Assembly (NCBI RefSeq): GCF_006345805.1
Contig: NC_042997.1
Coordinates: forward strand, 70,804,001 to 70,868,000
DNA: 64,000 nucleotides
Source: Octopus sinensis
Taxonomy: Eukaryota
Direction: 5' to 3'
Below are positions 1 through 15,082 of this stretch, piece after piece. Under the pieces are notes generated by a model. The model saw only the letters and a program-made list of their open reading frames with translations, did not search any database and was not told where the DNA came from. The position numbers and the translations under genes are program-made. Each line of letters opens with the position of its first letter. Within the stretch, counting starts at the first letter, position 1.

Positions 1-950
1 AGCTGTTGTTCCAGTTGTTGGCCCATTTGGATTATAAGGTACTTTTATTCTGCTACCCTCGTCTGCACCTCATGCTGGGCTGTTGGTTCATCCGATATTG
101 CGGAGAGGAGGATTCTAGTTCCTTTTTGAAGACATCTACATCCACCTCATGCAGATTTCTTAAGTTTGCTAGCAAGTTGATGTTACCTTTGTTACAATAT
201 AATGGTGACCAGTTTTGGCATTTGTATATTACTCAGCGTCAAAATTAGGTACTAGCCCTTCTAGTATTTTCCTTGTGTAGATTATTGCAAATCTCTCAAA
301 CCTTCACTCCAGGAAGTAAAGCTGCAGTTTTCTTAGCCTATCCCTGTAGCTCATCCATTGCACGGTTTCAATCTTTTTAGTGTAGTGGCTTTGAACTGCT
401 TCAAGCTTCGCTATGTGGTGACCTTGCCTGGGGGCACTAGTCCAGGCGGCTGAGAACAAAGATTCTCCACAGTGTCAACATAGTTTTTGATCTCTTGCCT
501 TGAAAGACCTCAGTACCCATCCTGCCAGTTGTCTACACTTTGTGCATCTTGATAGCGTGCTTATAGGATGATACGTCATTGCACATACTGATCCCCAAGT
601 CTTTTACTGACTGTAACTCTGGGATTGTAGTGCCTTCGTGTCCTATATATGTAGTCTGTAGTGCATTCGTGAGTTGATAGTGCAGTGCTTGAAATTTTCC
701 CGCATTAAACTGCATGCTGTTTATTTCGGTCCATGTGTATATCGAATTCATATCCCGTTGTAAGCTTGCGACGTCATCTTGTTTTGTTTTTTTTATTACC
801 TGTGATAATTTTGTATCATGGGCATAGCTAGGGAGGGCGGCTGTCCGTGTGAACGTGGGGGTGGCTAAGAGAGCTATTACGAAGAGAAATGGCTCCAGAA
901 CAGTTCCCTGGGGGATGCCACTTAGGATATCAGTTTCCTCAGAAAGAGCA
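1..950 (-). mobile_element. Degenerate CR1/L2-type LINE, reverse transcriptase C-terminal half
   Basis: Minus strand reads SGIPQGTVLEPFLF...SYAHDTK (decayed YADD motif), LQRDMNSIYTWTEINSMQFNAGKFQ, VKDLGI, GWVLRSFKAR and MSYRDRLRKLQLY, with frameshifts and stops. Confidence 0.8.
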
Positions 951-2354
951 CTATATATATATATATATATAATTTCAACAATTGAGGGTAAAATTAATTA
1001 ATTAATCAATTTCACCAAGTATTCAGTATGCAAAGGGACCATTTAAGGCGAATTCAAATTATTACATTATATAAAAGGGCTTAGTAAAATAAATTACTTT
1101 GCCGCATACTGAACTCATTAGAAATAGCAGCTAAAAAAACTTTTTTAAAAACTATTTCTGATACTTAAAGAAAACAACCTCTCTCATTAGTTTTTGCTCA
1201 ATTCAACTCACGCAATATGGGGGTAGAGACATTAAAAAATCAAGTGCAAAGGTTATTTGAGAACGTACGTTTCAAGATTAGTCAAAGTCGACATTTCTAT
1301 CATCAGCTCAGAACTCCCTGGTTTGGATTTGAAAACACTGAAAGTGGGAGCATACCCTTTCGGCTTCCTCTCGCTTCAGAAGATCTGCTCGTAACTAACA
1401 GTGCCAACAAACTCAAAAATGCAAGCGAAGAATTTCTGCTCTCCCCTTTCCACCAGCGTGGGTTAAAATCAGTAAACACTATTCTTTTTTCGGTAAAATC
1501 CGCGGCATTATATATATAATTATATATATATATATATATACATTCATCCTTACATACATGTGTATATTGTGTAGCTGAGTGGAGAATAATATCATTTCGT
1601 ATGATGAACCCTGCCGTTGATTTATGGTTCCCGAAAATATTAGCATTGAGTTAGCTATGTTCGACTATAACCAAAATATGCATTAAAGAAATGGTCGTGG
1701 AGACATCTGTACTTGCTTTTGTATCAAAATTCGACAGTGAGCTTAAATTTCTGATCGATTTTTCTTTTGGATTTTCTAGTATTCCATGTGTCTTTTAGTT
1801 CAATAACGAAGATACATTCTATCAAGTGTGCAGGATTGTATTCAATATTTCAATTTTTCAGTTCGTTTTAATGTCGAAATTTTTGCTCTTCTATAGGTCT
1901 CCTCAAGTGTCGTCCAGTTGCACGTTTAAAATACTCTGAAACATAAAAATGGTCGAAATCTTCAAGTTATATTTCTTCGTACGTAAGTACACTGAGGTTT
2001 ATTTCTGTCTGCTTAGGATGTGGCCATGTTAAATCTTCCAGTGGTATATATCTGATAGTGACTACCACGACTGTTCCATGTCTTTGCTTTTACAACCGCA
2101 ATCCATGTTATTTCGATGTTCCTTTTACAGGTGTAGTCTCGGAACAAAATACATTCTGAAAGAGGAGTGGAATTACTCGAATTTGTTTGTCCTATAAGTA
2201 CTAAGTGCATATGTTATCTAAACCAGGCTTCCCTAGCCACTGGTCCGTGTGTGAATCATTTTCTACTGGGCATTACACAAAGAATAACATTTAAAATTTT
2301 ATTTAAATTTTATTGAATGCAGTGTGCTTTTGGATATTTTATGTATTACAAATG

Positions 2355-2404
<50 letters not shown>

Positions 2405-2686
2405 TATATATGTAATAATTAATTATATATCATGCACTTTATTGTGCTTTGTTATGCGTGTGATCCTCTAGTCTGTGGATAAATTCTCTTGCATTTAACC
2501 GGCCTCTGCTTCTAAAACGCGTTGGGATTTTTGATCAAAAAGATATTCTCACATACCTCTAGCTTTTGCGCCATATTTCAAGTCTATATCTGCTTATACT
2601 ACATATACTATTGTATAATGTCCGAAAACAATGACAAGTCTTTTTCGAAAACAGCTGTGAAGGAAACTAGAAACAAAATGTTCAAT

Positions 2687-2783
<97 letters not shown>

Positions 2784-3313
2784 CGTGCGTGTGCAACAGG
2801 AATTATGGATAACCATTTTTTTTACTCTTCAGAAATAGACATGCATCATAATAGCAGTCACAACGAGCCACGATGCCACCGCTTACCGCCAATTGTCCTT
2901 CATGAAATACGAGATAATACACCATCAAATCAAACCTTACTACGTTTAAAGGAAGTAGAATTTGGAAAGAGTAGAAGTAGAAATACTACGTCTGTAGACA
3001 AAGAAGAAACAGATTGTCTCTGGCAGGAAATCATGTGGTCCTGTGTCAGATCAATTTAAATTCTACAACAATCATATTGTCGATAACAATAAACACATAA
3101 CATTGATCTTTAGTTTCTGGTCCCGCCTCTATCAATGTGATATTGTTTCTGTCTCTATGAACGATTTGGGTTCGTAAATAATATAAACGGTGCAGAGGTA
3201 ACTTTTTATAAATTGTTCTTGTCGTTTGCTGAAAACCATTACCGAAGATATCCTGCATTTGTTTCAAAATGAAAACACGCACATATAAATACATATCTAC
3301 AGTCATATATATA

Positions 3314-3356
<43 letters not shown>

Positions 3357-3432
3357 CCTTATCCCACTTCTCTCTCCCCATAGCTCTCGCAATATATACA
3401 CACACGCGCGCGCGAACACACACGTACACACA

Positions 3433-3480
<48 letters not shown>

Positions 3481-3755
3481 AAACTAACTTGGCAAAGGAT
3501 GCATGGTATTCGATCGTATAAAAATATAAATAATATATAAATATATGCATATATACATACATATATGTACATAGCTACATATATATATGTATATATATAG
3601 GTAGAGGACATCAAATAAACGTTGAAACCAAGAACATAAAACAAAGAAACGAACTTTTTACAAACAACGAAAAAAAAACCATACAACACAAGGACCTTGT
3701 TTTCGTTTCTCATTGTAATCAACATTTTTTTTGATGTCCTGTATCCACATATGCA

Positions 3756-3819
<64 letters not shown>

Positions 3820-5191
3820 GTACATATATGTATGTATGTATATATGCATATATTTATATATTATTTATATTTTATTATATATATATATATACATACATCC
3901 ACACATACACGCACGATAGCTTTCGCATGTTTCTGTGTACCAAATTGAGTCAGTACTCAGAAGGAATTGTTCCTCCAGGGTTAAACTTGTACACAGTAAC
4001 ACGCAGTTGGACTGAATCTGAAACCACGAGATGGTGGAGGAAATACTGAAATGCTTGCGCCTATTAAATGCATGGGACGTTTCACGCTTATGAATATCAT
4101 CCTCGATTATTCTGTCATGCATCATAGTTGAGGTATGTATAAAATAAAGTATGAGCCATTGTTTATAATATATTTAGTAATACCATCTTTCGTATGAGTG
4201 TTACGTGTAAAGTATACATTTCTCTGAATAACTGACACTGACTTTCATTATGTAATTTACGTTATATAACTAATAATCCTACTTTGTGAAATGTACGTAA
4301 GATAGAGTAACTAAATATTCTATCAACAATCACATATCTTGTTTCAATTTTTGTGTGTACTCTACGATATATCTAAACTTTGGATAAATACCAAAATAAT
4401 ACGACAGCAATAATATCGAAGAGAAAACATGCACGTGGCTAAATATTTTTGGCTCCACATGTTACATACACTCACACACTCACTTAATCATTCACTCGCA
4501 CACTCACTTACTCACTCACTCACTTAAGTAAATGATTACTTACTCACTCACGTATTCACTCACCTATATACATAAACATACATATGTATATTTATACATA
4601 AAAAAAACAAAAAGAAACAATTCTAATTAATAAAAGACACCATAAAGATATTCTTGAAATATTTCGTGAAAAATCCAACGTTTCGGACAGTATCTTACTT
4701 CAAGGAAAACTTGAAAAGAGAGAAAATAATGAAAGACAGGAAAGTTTTATATCCCTTACGTTAAAAAAACTGGCTGCAACAGATAAGCAAAGTAGGACTA
4801 GGTTACCTTCATACGTTAACAGAAAGTGGTGGAAGAAACAAGGTAAGAAATAAGACGGAAAAGAGAAATAGAAAGAGGAGAGGCAGACTAAGTTGAGACT
4901 TAAATGAATTGGGTGGAGAGTAGAAACACAAGGGCTTAATGAACTATGAGCATGTGTGTGAAAAAAAAAACGCTCGCTCAAATTCTATTATCTCTAATTA
5001 ATCTTTTCAAATTTTCTTTGAAGGACATTGTCAAAAAATGTTGGATTTTCCACTCTTCACAGCAAGTCCACTGTATATTTCTTTTATCGATTTTAGTACA
5101 TAATTTGCAGCCAAACACCAGCCTCTTTGAAGTCTTACTGATCATACTTACATACATATTTATACATAGATACACAGATAGATAGATAGAG

Positions 5192-5285
<94 letters not shown>

Positions 5286-5428
5286 ATAGGCAGATAAAAA
5301 GAGAGACAGATAGAAAGAGAGACAGAAAAAAGACAGACAGGCATACAGAGAGACAGGCTGATAGATAGATAGATAAATATATACATACATACATACATAC
5401 ATAGACCGACAGATGATAGATACATGTA

Positions 5429-5488
<60 letters not shown>

Positions 5489-6080
5489 CACGTATATAGA
5501 TACATACTTGCACATACACCTATATACATTAACATGTATAAGTTTGCGTGAGGGTGTACATTATTCTAAAAACATAACTTCAATGTACATTAATCTCTTA
5601 TTTATTTTCCATTTTCCATAAATGCATGATTTGAAGTTTGTTTGAACAGATAATATATATAAATCCATCTCAACATCTTATTCTTAGTATCACGAGCTGA
5701 ACTTCTGAATTGTTGTCACTTTATAGTTAGCAAATGCAATGGGACTGGTGTTTGATATTACAGCCGGAACATAAATGTTTGAACGTTATGTTTTACTACG
5801 AATTATTCATTTTCCATACGATGTAATTTTTACTTGTTGGTAAGTAGTATGTTGTGATCCGGCGAGAATGTGCAATATATGTATGAGTAATATAAAGATT
5901 TCCTCCACAAGATAAGACGTAGAAATTGTAGAAACAAAGAAGGCGAGGTAGGAATTTTACTGTTTCAAATAGTCTGCAAATAACTCATACAAAATTATGA
6001 AAACTTCCTACAAATAATGAAAACACCATAACACAGTTGTGCTTTTAATACAACTTGTTTACAACATGAACAAATGTATG

Positions 6081-6124
<44 letters not shown>

Positions 6125-6140
6125 TATTATATATATATAT

Positions 6141-6244
<104 letters not shown>

Positions 6245-7209
6245 TATATATATATATGTATGCATGTATATATAGATGTGGTGTGTTGTCTTTGTGTGAG
6301 TATTTATGTATACGTATGTATACGTGTATACACATATATATACGCACATTACTTATACTTATATATATATATATTATATACACATACATATATAAAACAT
6401 ACACATACATACATACACACACACACACTCACACACACACACACACACTCACATATATATATATGTAACAAGGAATTCTCTTTTAATACTGCGCATAGAA
6501 ATTTATAACGAAGATTTAAGAAGAAAAATGTGTGAATTGCCAAAAGAAAAGTATTCCTGAACAGTCACTTCATTGGAAACTGGAACCGGAACATTGGAAA
6601 CCAAGACCTTGTATTATATAGCACATCCCTATATTGTTTTTTCTCTTCACCTGTATTCACTGTCAATGTGTTTGATATCTATGTTGAGGTTATGATAATC
6701 TATGTGAATATATGACAAGAATTATCTTTCAATATACGTATGTAAAATTAGTATGCATACATACGTATATCAACCATGCGTAGGTATGCGTGTGTATTCG
6801 TGTGTGTATGTGTGTGCCAACGTGTATGTTTGTATGTGTGTTACCGTGTGTGTGGCTGTCTGTGTGCATCTATATACAAAAAGTATTATGTTGCTGTTGA
6901 AATCTATGAATGTTTACATTGGTGTTATTTGCTGGCTCCTTCTCAGTTTTGCCTCTTTCCGATGCATTTATACATATTTATAATTACATGAATATAAGTC
7001 TGTGAGGAGTACATACAACCACGTTCTTTGTAAATGACATTAAATATGTGTCAGAAAAAATAAGTTTGTGCATATTTATATCTGTATACACTTCTATATA
7101 CACAAACACACAAACATATGTGCGCATGCATATATATATATATATATGCATATGTATATGTACACACAAATATAGTTAGATAGATAGACAGCCAGCCAGA
7201 CAGATAGTC

Positions 7210-7280
<71 letters not shown>

Positions 7281-7650
7281 AGATAGATAGACAGATAGAT
7301 CGATAGATATATGCTTAAGTATGTATGTGGGCTTAATTGCGGACGTGCATATATGTGTGAAGTTACTTATAGATCTATAGGAGAGAGCTAGTGCCACAGA
7401 GGGAGAAAGACAAAGGGCAGAGAGAGAAGGAGATAGAGCGAGGGAGAAGGAGAGGTAGAGACTGAGAGACCTGGACAAGGAATAACAGAAGGGCAGTTAT
7501 ACTCCTAAGCATTTAGATAGAACCTTTATATTGATATATTACAGAGAGATTATTTCAATTGTTGGACTGAAATGTGTTTGATTAGTAGGAGCTAGAATCT
7601 TACATATTCATGTATGAGTTGGTGTGTTTGCACTAGCAGGTATATTCATG

Positions 7651-7780
<130 letters not shown>

Positions 7781-7915
7781 ATCTATATAGAGAAAATATA
7801 CATATACAACACACGCACACGCATGCATACACATGCACACACACAAACACACACACATGTTATATATGTGTGAATGTGTGTGTGTGTATATATATATACA
7901 TATACATGCATATAT

Positions 7916-7965
<50 letters not shown>

Positions 7966-8586
7966 ATGTATATATATGTATTATGAATGAAAGCTGGTCT
8001 GAGATATACAGGAGTACAGATTTAATGACTGCGGAATGGTTAAAAGAAGTAGTACTGTGCAATGATTTATTAAATGAAATAATATCCAGAAAGGTAACAA
8101 ATGGAAAAATCATAATCTATTATGGTTGATGTAAATAAATAAAAGTTGTAGAAAAGTAAATGTAAGGAAAGGAAAAATGATTGAAGAAATGTGAAGCATA
8201 ATGTTGTTGGAAAATAAGTAAACGCAGGAGATGTATTTCAAACTGAAAGAGGAAATGATAGAATATATGTATGAATGAAACAGAAAGTAATATTGAAAAT
8301 GTCGATAAAAGACTAAGTAGCCGAAAAATGAAGACAAAGAAAGATCATGGTCTTTGTAAAGAATAAATTATATAATTTAAACGAAAAGCAAAATTGAAGG
8401 AATAAATGTTTCAATAAATGAATGGCTCATTGAATAAATGATTTCATGAGTGAATGAATACACACACACACACATACACACGGACATAGAAACTTTAACT
8501 AAAAAAACAATGGAATTTGAGCGAAACACAACAAAAATTCAAGTGAATATTTTAGGCAAATATTTGCTTCTATTATATAATATAGA

Positions 8587-8931
8587 TCAACATGTAATTG
8601 GAGGTATGGTGTTGGTAAATAGTTCGGCCAGACTGCTGCCACCCGATGCATCTGGGTCGGATAGCGAACTAGTACCTTGGTGATGGAGATCGGAAAGTGA
8701 AGGAGTGGAGCTAAGGTCAGATAGGGCCGGCGATTTATTACAATGGATGCCACCACCGACTCCTAGTTCTACGCTAGCTCTCGACTGAGTGTCACAGATC
8801 TGCTCCATGACCGCCGCCTGATGGCGCTGTAGTTGTTGCTGTTGTTGTTGTTGTTGTGGTGGTGGTATTTGTTTCTCTTCTTGCTTCAAAATGTTTCTTC
8901 GATACTTGGCTCGTGCGTTCTGGAACCAGAC
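8587..8931 (-). CDS. Lhx2/9: Lhx2/9 last coding exon: homeodomain recognition helix and C-terminus (114 aa plus TGA)
   Basis: Acceptor TTTTTTCAG|GTC TGG TTC CAG AAC GCA CGA GCC AAG TAT CGA AGA gives VWFQNARAKYRRNILKQEEKQIPPPQQQQQQQQLQ...PPITC*. Phase 0 matches the donor at 52301 and completes the homeodomain exactly. Confidence 0.9.
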   Translation of the reverse strand, partial: VWFQNARAKYRRNILKQEEKQIPPPQQQQQQQQLQRHQAAVMEQICDTQSRASVELGVGGGIHCNKSPALSDLSSTPSLSDLHHQGTSSLSDPDASGGSSLAELFTNTIPPITC

Positions 8932-9619
8932 CTGAAAAAAAAAGACAGAAAGTAAATGATATGTAAGTTTCAGGAGATAAATATGAAAACATCATTCTCG
9001 CGTACCATCTGCATAACTACGTAATTTAAAAATAAAAAATAACAATAACTTAAATTTTATAAGCCGCAAGGTATTTATCAATTAACGTCAAAGCATGGAG
9101 CTACAAAATACGCCGTGCTGGTTACGATACGGTTATAAAAAAAAACCAGAGGATGGTTAAAAGAGTTATACTATGAACATATCAAACATTAATTACAAAA
9201 AGCTCAGGAGAATATAATTTAAAATACTAAACTAAATACATAAAAAAATATTTAGTTACCCACCGAAACGTGGAGGGTCGACAATAGCTAAATTAGCCTG
9301 AAGTGTTTTTGCACTGTCCACCTATTACCCTCAATATTGTTATAACTGAAATTACCAGCCAAAGGAGAACAGTGCTGGACTGGGAAAGAAATCTCCCATA
9401 TGCTGTTTGAAACTTCATAGTATTTTTTCGACTTGTCGTGAGATCGTGGTTAGCAGGGTATGATTTTGATGTTCTACAAAATTAAAGCTAATTTTCCTCT
9501 TCATAAAACAAATAGTGTTACTGCAGTTTATTAGTTATGTCAGTTTATTTTTAAAGAGATGTGCACAACAGTTCAGGGTAGAAACCCGGAGATTCATTTT
9601 AAAAAGTTTTTGTCTTCGT

Positions 9620-10201
9620 CTTGGATTAATTTAGAGTTCGTAAACCGGAAAATATAGAGAAACTGGCTATTATATCCGGCGATTTAACAAGTCCACCTCT
9701 CAATCATTCTGTTAAGAAACACTTTATGACATTAATGAGAGAGTAATGGAACAATTAAATGTAGTAAAAAGAAGTTCGTACGACCCCTTACTGTACAAAG
9801 GAAAACACCAATGGTTGCATGTGGATGAAGAATTCGTAGGAGAAAATATACGACATAGTAATTAAGTCATGTAAGAAAAATGGTATTAGTAATGCAATGG
9901 ATGGGGCTGAGGATGATATTCTCTTTGATCATAATATTGGATCTAATGATGGAATGATTGATTCGTTTACAAGTAAATATGAAAACAATGAAGATTTTGT
10001 AGGCGCAAACTAAATTCATAAATAATTTCTACTTTGAAATGCTTTGTGTTTAAATCATATTAATTTTTAAGGTAAGAGACTGGACTTTTAAAAAAAATTT
10101 TTCAAATATGACCAGATTTTTTTTTTTTGGTCCAAACATTTGCCTTCTGAATAAAAGTGCATCTTACACACTGGCGCATCTTATATTCTGAAATATAATG
10201 C
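9620..10201 (+). mobile_element. pogo/Tigger-like transposase C-terminal remnant with decayed right TIR
   Basis: LAIISGDLTSPPLNHSVKKHFMTLMRE (from 9663) and IVIKSCKKNGISNAMDGAEDDILF resemble the pogo motifs LAVIPGGLTS.LQPLD and KSFKKCGISNALDGTEDD. The end gcatcttatattctgaaatataatg resembles a pogo-type TIR. Confidence 0.6.
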
Positions 10202-11405
10202 ATATATAGATGTGTATGTGTCTTGTGTATATGTACGCATGCATATATATATATACATATATATATATATACATATATACACATGTGTGTGTACTTGTAT
10301 GTGTGTGTGTATGTGTGTGTGTGTGTGCGTGCGTGCGTGCGTGTCCATGTTTGTATGCAATTCTTTCCTTCGAAAGAAGTCCATGAATATTTTTCCTATT
10401 TTTGTATGATGCATTTCAAATGTATCATACAACCGACGTGTGGCCTAGTTTAGCTGTTAGACATGTAGATAGAGATGCATAACAAAAGTAAATCAATATT
10501 GTTTTCTTAATTATACGGAAACTGAGAGGCAAGAAATGTTAAGTTGCACATAGACAAAGTACAATCATTGCCTAAAGTTGAATATGATACACAAATCTAG
10601 CAAGCAATAACATGTTTTGCTATTGTGATTCTTAAAGAGGACTTAATATTTTGCAGTTGAATGAACCACAGTTGGAGAGGAAGTAGTGGTGTGTTGATTT
10701 CTACCTGGAGTTACGTGTGGGTGAGCCACATGCTTCAACATTTTCCCGTCGCTTCATAGTATTATATTATTACGGTTGAGACAGAGCCATAGGAAGTTAT
10801 TCACTAAAATCTACATATGATTACTTTCTCTTCACTATATATGAAATGTTACTACTTATTTCACAATATTGCTGATACTTACCTAAAGACCCTGCAAGGA
10901 TGAATGGATGAGTTCACGCACTAAGCACTATTCAATTATGACTAGTGGCAAAGGTGGGTCTCTTTTTCTAGGCTTTCTCCACTTTTCATTTTATAACCAA
11001 TACAGCGATTAGTATTTGTAGAGAATAAGATTAAATACCTTGGAGGATATCATTCTGACCGTCTGCATTCATTGTAGAGATTCATACCGCAGACGACGTT
11101 GAAATAAATGCCATGTAATTTACATTTATTGATTAGGTCAACTATGTATGGTATTACGTTTAATTATTTCTCCTCGTGTTTAAGATCATAGATTAATAAG
11201 AAAGATGCGATAGTGGCTTCAATCGTATGCTGGATTCTTTGTCGTCTTTCTAGACCTAGACTTCACACTTTCAAGTTTCGAGGCTATGCACACGCACACA
11301 CGCATGCACACACACATGTGTACGTATGTACACACACACACACACACACACACAAACATATATGTGTGTGTGTTTTAAATAGTAACATTCAAAATCTATC
11401 TTTAA

Positions 11406-11448
<43 letters not shown>

Positions 11449-11666
11449 CGGTGTGTGTTAGCGTTCCATTACTTGATAAATGAAAAATAGATAAACAAAC
11501 GACATAACTTATACTAAATGAAAAAACGAAGAGGAGACAAACAGTTATCGACCAATTGGTAATATTCAGTTTTGCACCTTGAAATGCTTCCCAATTATAA
11601 ATAGTGGCGAAAACTACAAACATCCGTGAGAGGGTGAGAGAAAGAAAAGGGGAAAGAATGAAGGCA

Positions 11667-11697
<31 letters not shown>

Positions 11698-12378
11698 CAC
11701 GGGTATATAAAAAAGTTAATAGAAATTCGGTGTGTGTTGCGTTCCATTCTTCTTTTCCCCTGTTCTTTCTCTCACCCTCTCACTTCTATTCTAGCATTCC
11801 TACTTACTCTTTTTCTCTCTCTATCTTTCTCTCTCTCATTTCTCTCTGTATTCCAAGCCTTTCTCTTTCCCTTTCATCCCTTTCCTTTTTTTTCTCTCTC
11901 TGTCGCTCCCTTTCCCTACTGTCTTTCTCCTCTGCCTGCTACTGTCACGTGACCAGTGGCCAGTTCTCTTTTTCTTCCTGTTTTACAGTGGTTCCCCAGC
12001 TGACCAGTCTCAAATTGTCTCTCTCTCCTCTCTCCCTCCTTCAAGACATTTTCTAAGCGTTACCCATTATTCTCGTCTCCTTGGTCCCAAGACCGTATTT
12101 TGTTCGACTGTTTGTTCTTGTCATCGTGCTAAAGCACACTCTGTGTCGTTTTGCTAGTTTGTTTTGTTTGCTTTTGTCCCTAAGTCTCCGCAAGAAAACT
12201 TCTGTTTGCGGGCACCGCCAACTGGGAAGCACTCAGTCTTACTATGAAAGGTGCGAAGCTGAATATTGCCAATTAGTTGATAATTAATGAAGAATTACAG
12301 ACCCTCTTTTTGTCTCCAGTTCGTTTTTACATTCAATATAATTTATGTCGTTTTTTGTACATGTTTTCATTTATATAC

Positions 12379-12458
<80 letters not shown>

Positions 12459-15034
12459 CATGAAGCTTCATGAGGAACATGAATTTTCACATTACTGACG
12501 TATCAATACATGGAATAAGAGGAGAGGAGTTAATCAGGACCAGGCAGAAAGTTCAGAAGATTACACGGGAAACAAACTTATTAAAGTATCTGTATCAGTT
12601 GATGCTAGGAACATGACTTACAGATAAGAAATAATGTGGAAAACTAACGGGTTTTGTGCATATGCGTTCGCAGAGAAGAACCCTGCAAAATATTAATTAT
12701 GAGAGAGAATGAGAAAAATCAAAGTATTTTTATCTAAAACTCAATGAATTGAGAAGTGGAAAAACATGATGGTGCCTTAATTCTGGTTAATCAAAGAAAA
12801 ACATAAAGAAGAGATGAACGAAGCAACCAGGGTATTCGGCAGCTCCAAGTGCAGTGCAATTTCTATTGATTGATACCTATCTAACATATGAATTTGAGAT
12901 ATGGACGATACATGTCAAATAAGCAAAATAACTGGTGCATTACTACTGAGATTCCTGATGGAGATGTGTGCATCAATTGAAACACAAAAGCATGAATAGT
13001 CATCGAAAAGAAAGCTAATGGCCTAAGAGAGAGGAGTTATAACTGCATTGAGATCTCCGTTTCCTGGGGTATATCACAAAACAAGGAACTCAACTCGTTT
13101 CCAAAGACCTTTCTTACACACAGCTATCTAGTGAAAGTCTGAGTAGACCGTGATAAAATACATGTAGGCATACGAATCATAAGGTGATCGAACCTTCATG
13201 ACCACACTTGGACCAGGCTACTTAAGGATAGAAGTTGACGGACGACATAAATTTACTTCTTTTCTATCGCTGGCAACATTTCATATGAAAGTTAACTTCG
13301 GCTATCGACAAGTGATGTATGAATATAACTCATTTCAATCAATTTAATCTGAGACATTATACTAAATCTGCTCATGTTCAATGTTAGTCTATATGATATA
13401 GAAAATAATTAATTAACAATAAAAAAAAACATATCAGACACTTGTAAAAATAGGTTTGAAAAGGAAGATGGATTTATTTCGTCAGCCATCTTCAACAGAT
13501 AGAACAGTACTCCAGCATAGCCGCCGTCAAATGACTGATATGAGTAAAATAATTTTTAAAATAAGTGAGTACATATGACAGTTGTAATTAGTGCATAATG
13601 ACTCCAGCTCATAGTTTTTGGTTGGCTACCTTTTCTAACGAATCGAGATGGGAATCGGCCGAAAAGAACAAAAAATTGTTTTGCTTTTGCTAATCTTAGT
13701 GCTAAGGTATAATTTCTTTCATATTCCTCAACAACGTGGTACCACTCGGCAGAAATTTTAATCTCTGTGTGTGTGAGCGCGCGCGTATATGTGTATACTT
13801 CTGTGTGGCGTATGTATGCATCTGTTGAAAATAAATAGATTAGACAGCGGAAAGAAACCGCAAATTTTTATGAGGATGTAATCAATTAAATCGGTCTTGT
13901 ATTTATCTCTACTTATTCTACTGATAAGAGACGAGACGAAACTGGTGTCGTTTGAAAACATAATACAAAGAGGCATAAGAAAATACTCTAAGGATTATAT
14001 CTTGTTTCGACCATGTCAAAGATGAAAGAAATTCAAGGAGATTGAAAATCTGAACCTCCGCTTTAGGAAGTACAAACATGAAATTTGCCTCATTTCTCGT
14101 GTACTATATAGAAGAACGCGATTCCGAGAATTATTTTCACATATCATTTCTTGCTGATACTCTGACACAAAGCATTATTCTCATATCCAATGTATTTTCT
14201 GGAAAGCCAAAAGAAGATTACAAGATTTATGATAGGAATTACTTTTAACGAGTTACAATCTTCTAAATAGTAAGAGGACATCTTTCTTAAAACATAGATA
14301 AATTGCTTTCCAGGAAGGAATCCGATTAAATTTTTGGAATAATCGGATAATCGACTAAAGCATATTATTCTCTCTCAGGTGCTTATCAATGTAACACCTA
14401 GAATACAAGTTTCATCTTAATTTTATAGAAATTAAAACTGTGATTTTCATGCGTTTTCTTCACGAAATTTGACGTAAAGTACAGCTTTCAGCCAGTTTCT
14501 CAAAATTATTTTTGTTTAGATTTTCGGTAAGATACTATAGAGAAGAGACTGCTCACCCTCACCATTTTATCTCAGACAAGGGAAATCAATAGAGTGTCAT
14601 TCTAGGATGATGATTGCGAAGATAAATTCTTAAATATTGAACTGTTCCTCTATATGTGTATTGATACAAGCATATATGCACTTAGGAAGAAGATAATAAT
14701 GTACACCTAATACTTTGTCACTTACCAACGATAATGAAATAATGAAACAATATATAGTTACTATGAGGAATCCAGTACTGAAGAGAGGCAGCCCGAAACC
14801 AGACTGCTGTGCTCGTCCCGTCGCTAGAAGGTGATAGGGGTTCGCTCCCCAGCTCGCAATACATCAGATTCAGGTATGCACTGTTAACTAGCTAGAGGAA
14901 ATGTCCTCCTGGGGTTAAAAGAATTGCGGTAAAGTCCGTTTGAACGGAACAGCCATGCTGAAGTGGCCACGAACATTACTTGCTAGTGCAACTGCGATCA
15001 TCTCTTAGAGAGATGATCGCTGTAGTTGATCGCA

Positions 15035-15082
<48 letters not shown>

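Noticed and set aside
1217-1519. 100-aa plus-strand ORF
   Set aside because: Starts at a non-ATG codon, lies in a repeat-like block between (TA)n tracts, and has no recognisable domain.
1700-2200. Possible extra GIY-YIG remnant on the minus strand (ATGRHLRR..., ECIFVIELKD)
   Set aside because: Too degraded to support without a profile search.
8066-8071. AATAAA on the minus strand about 515 nt after the Lhx2/9 stop as the polyadenylation signal
   Set aside because: Such hexamers are common by chance in this AT-rich DNA, so it cannot be assigned without 3'-end data.
12780-13090. Possible RTE-type LINE 3' remnant
   Set aside because: Only scattered resemblance (e.g. LRFLGYIT), with no continuous motif.
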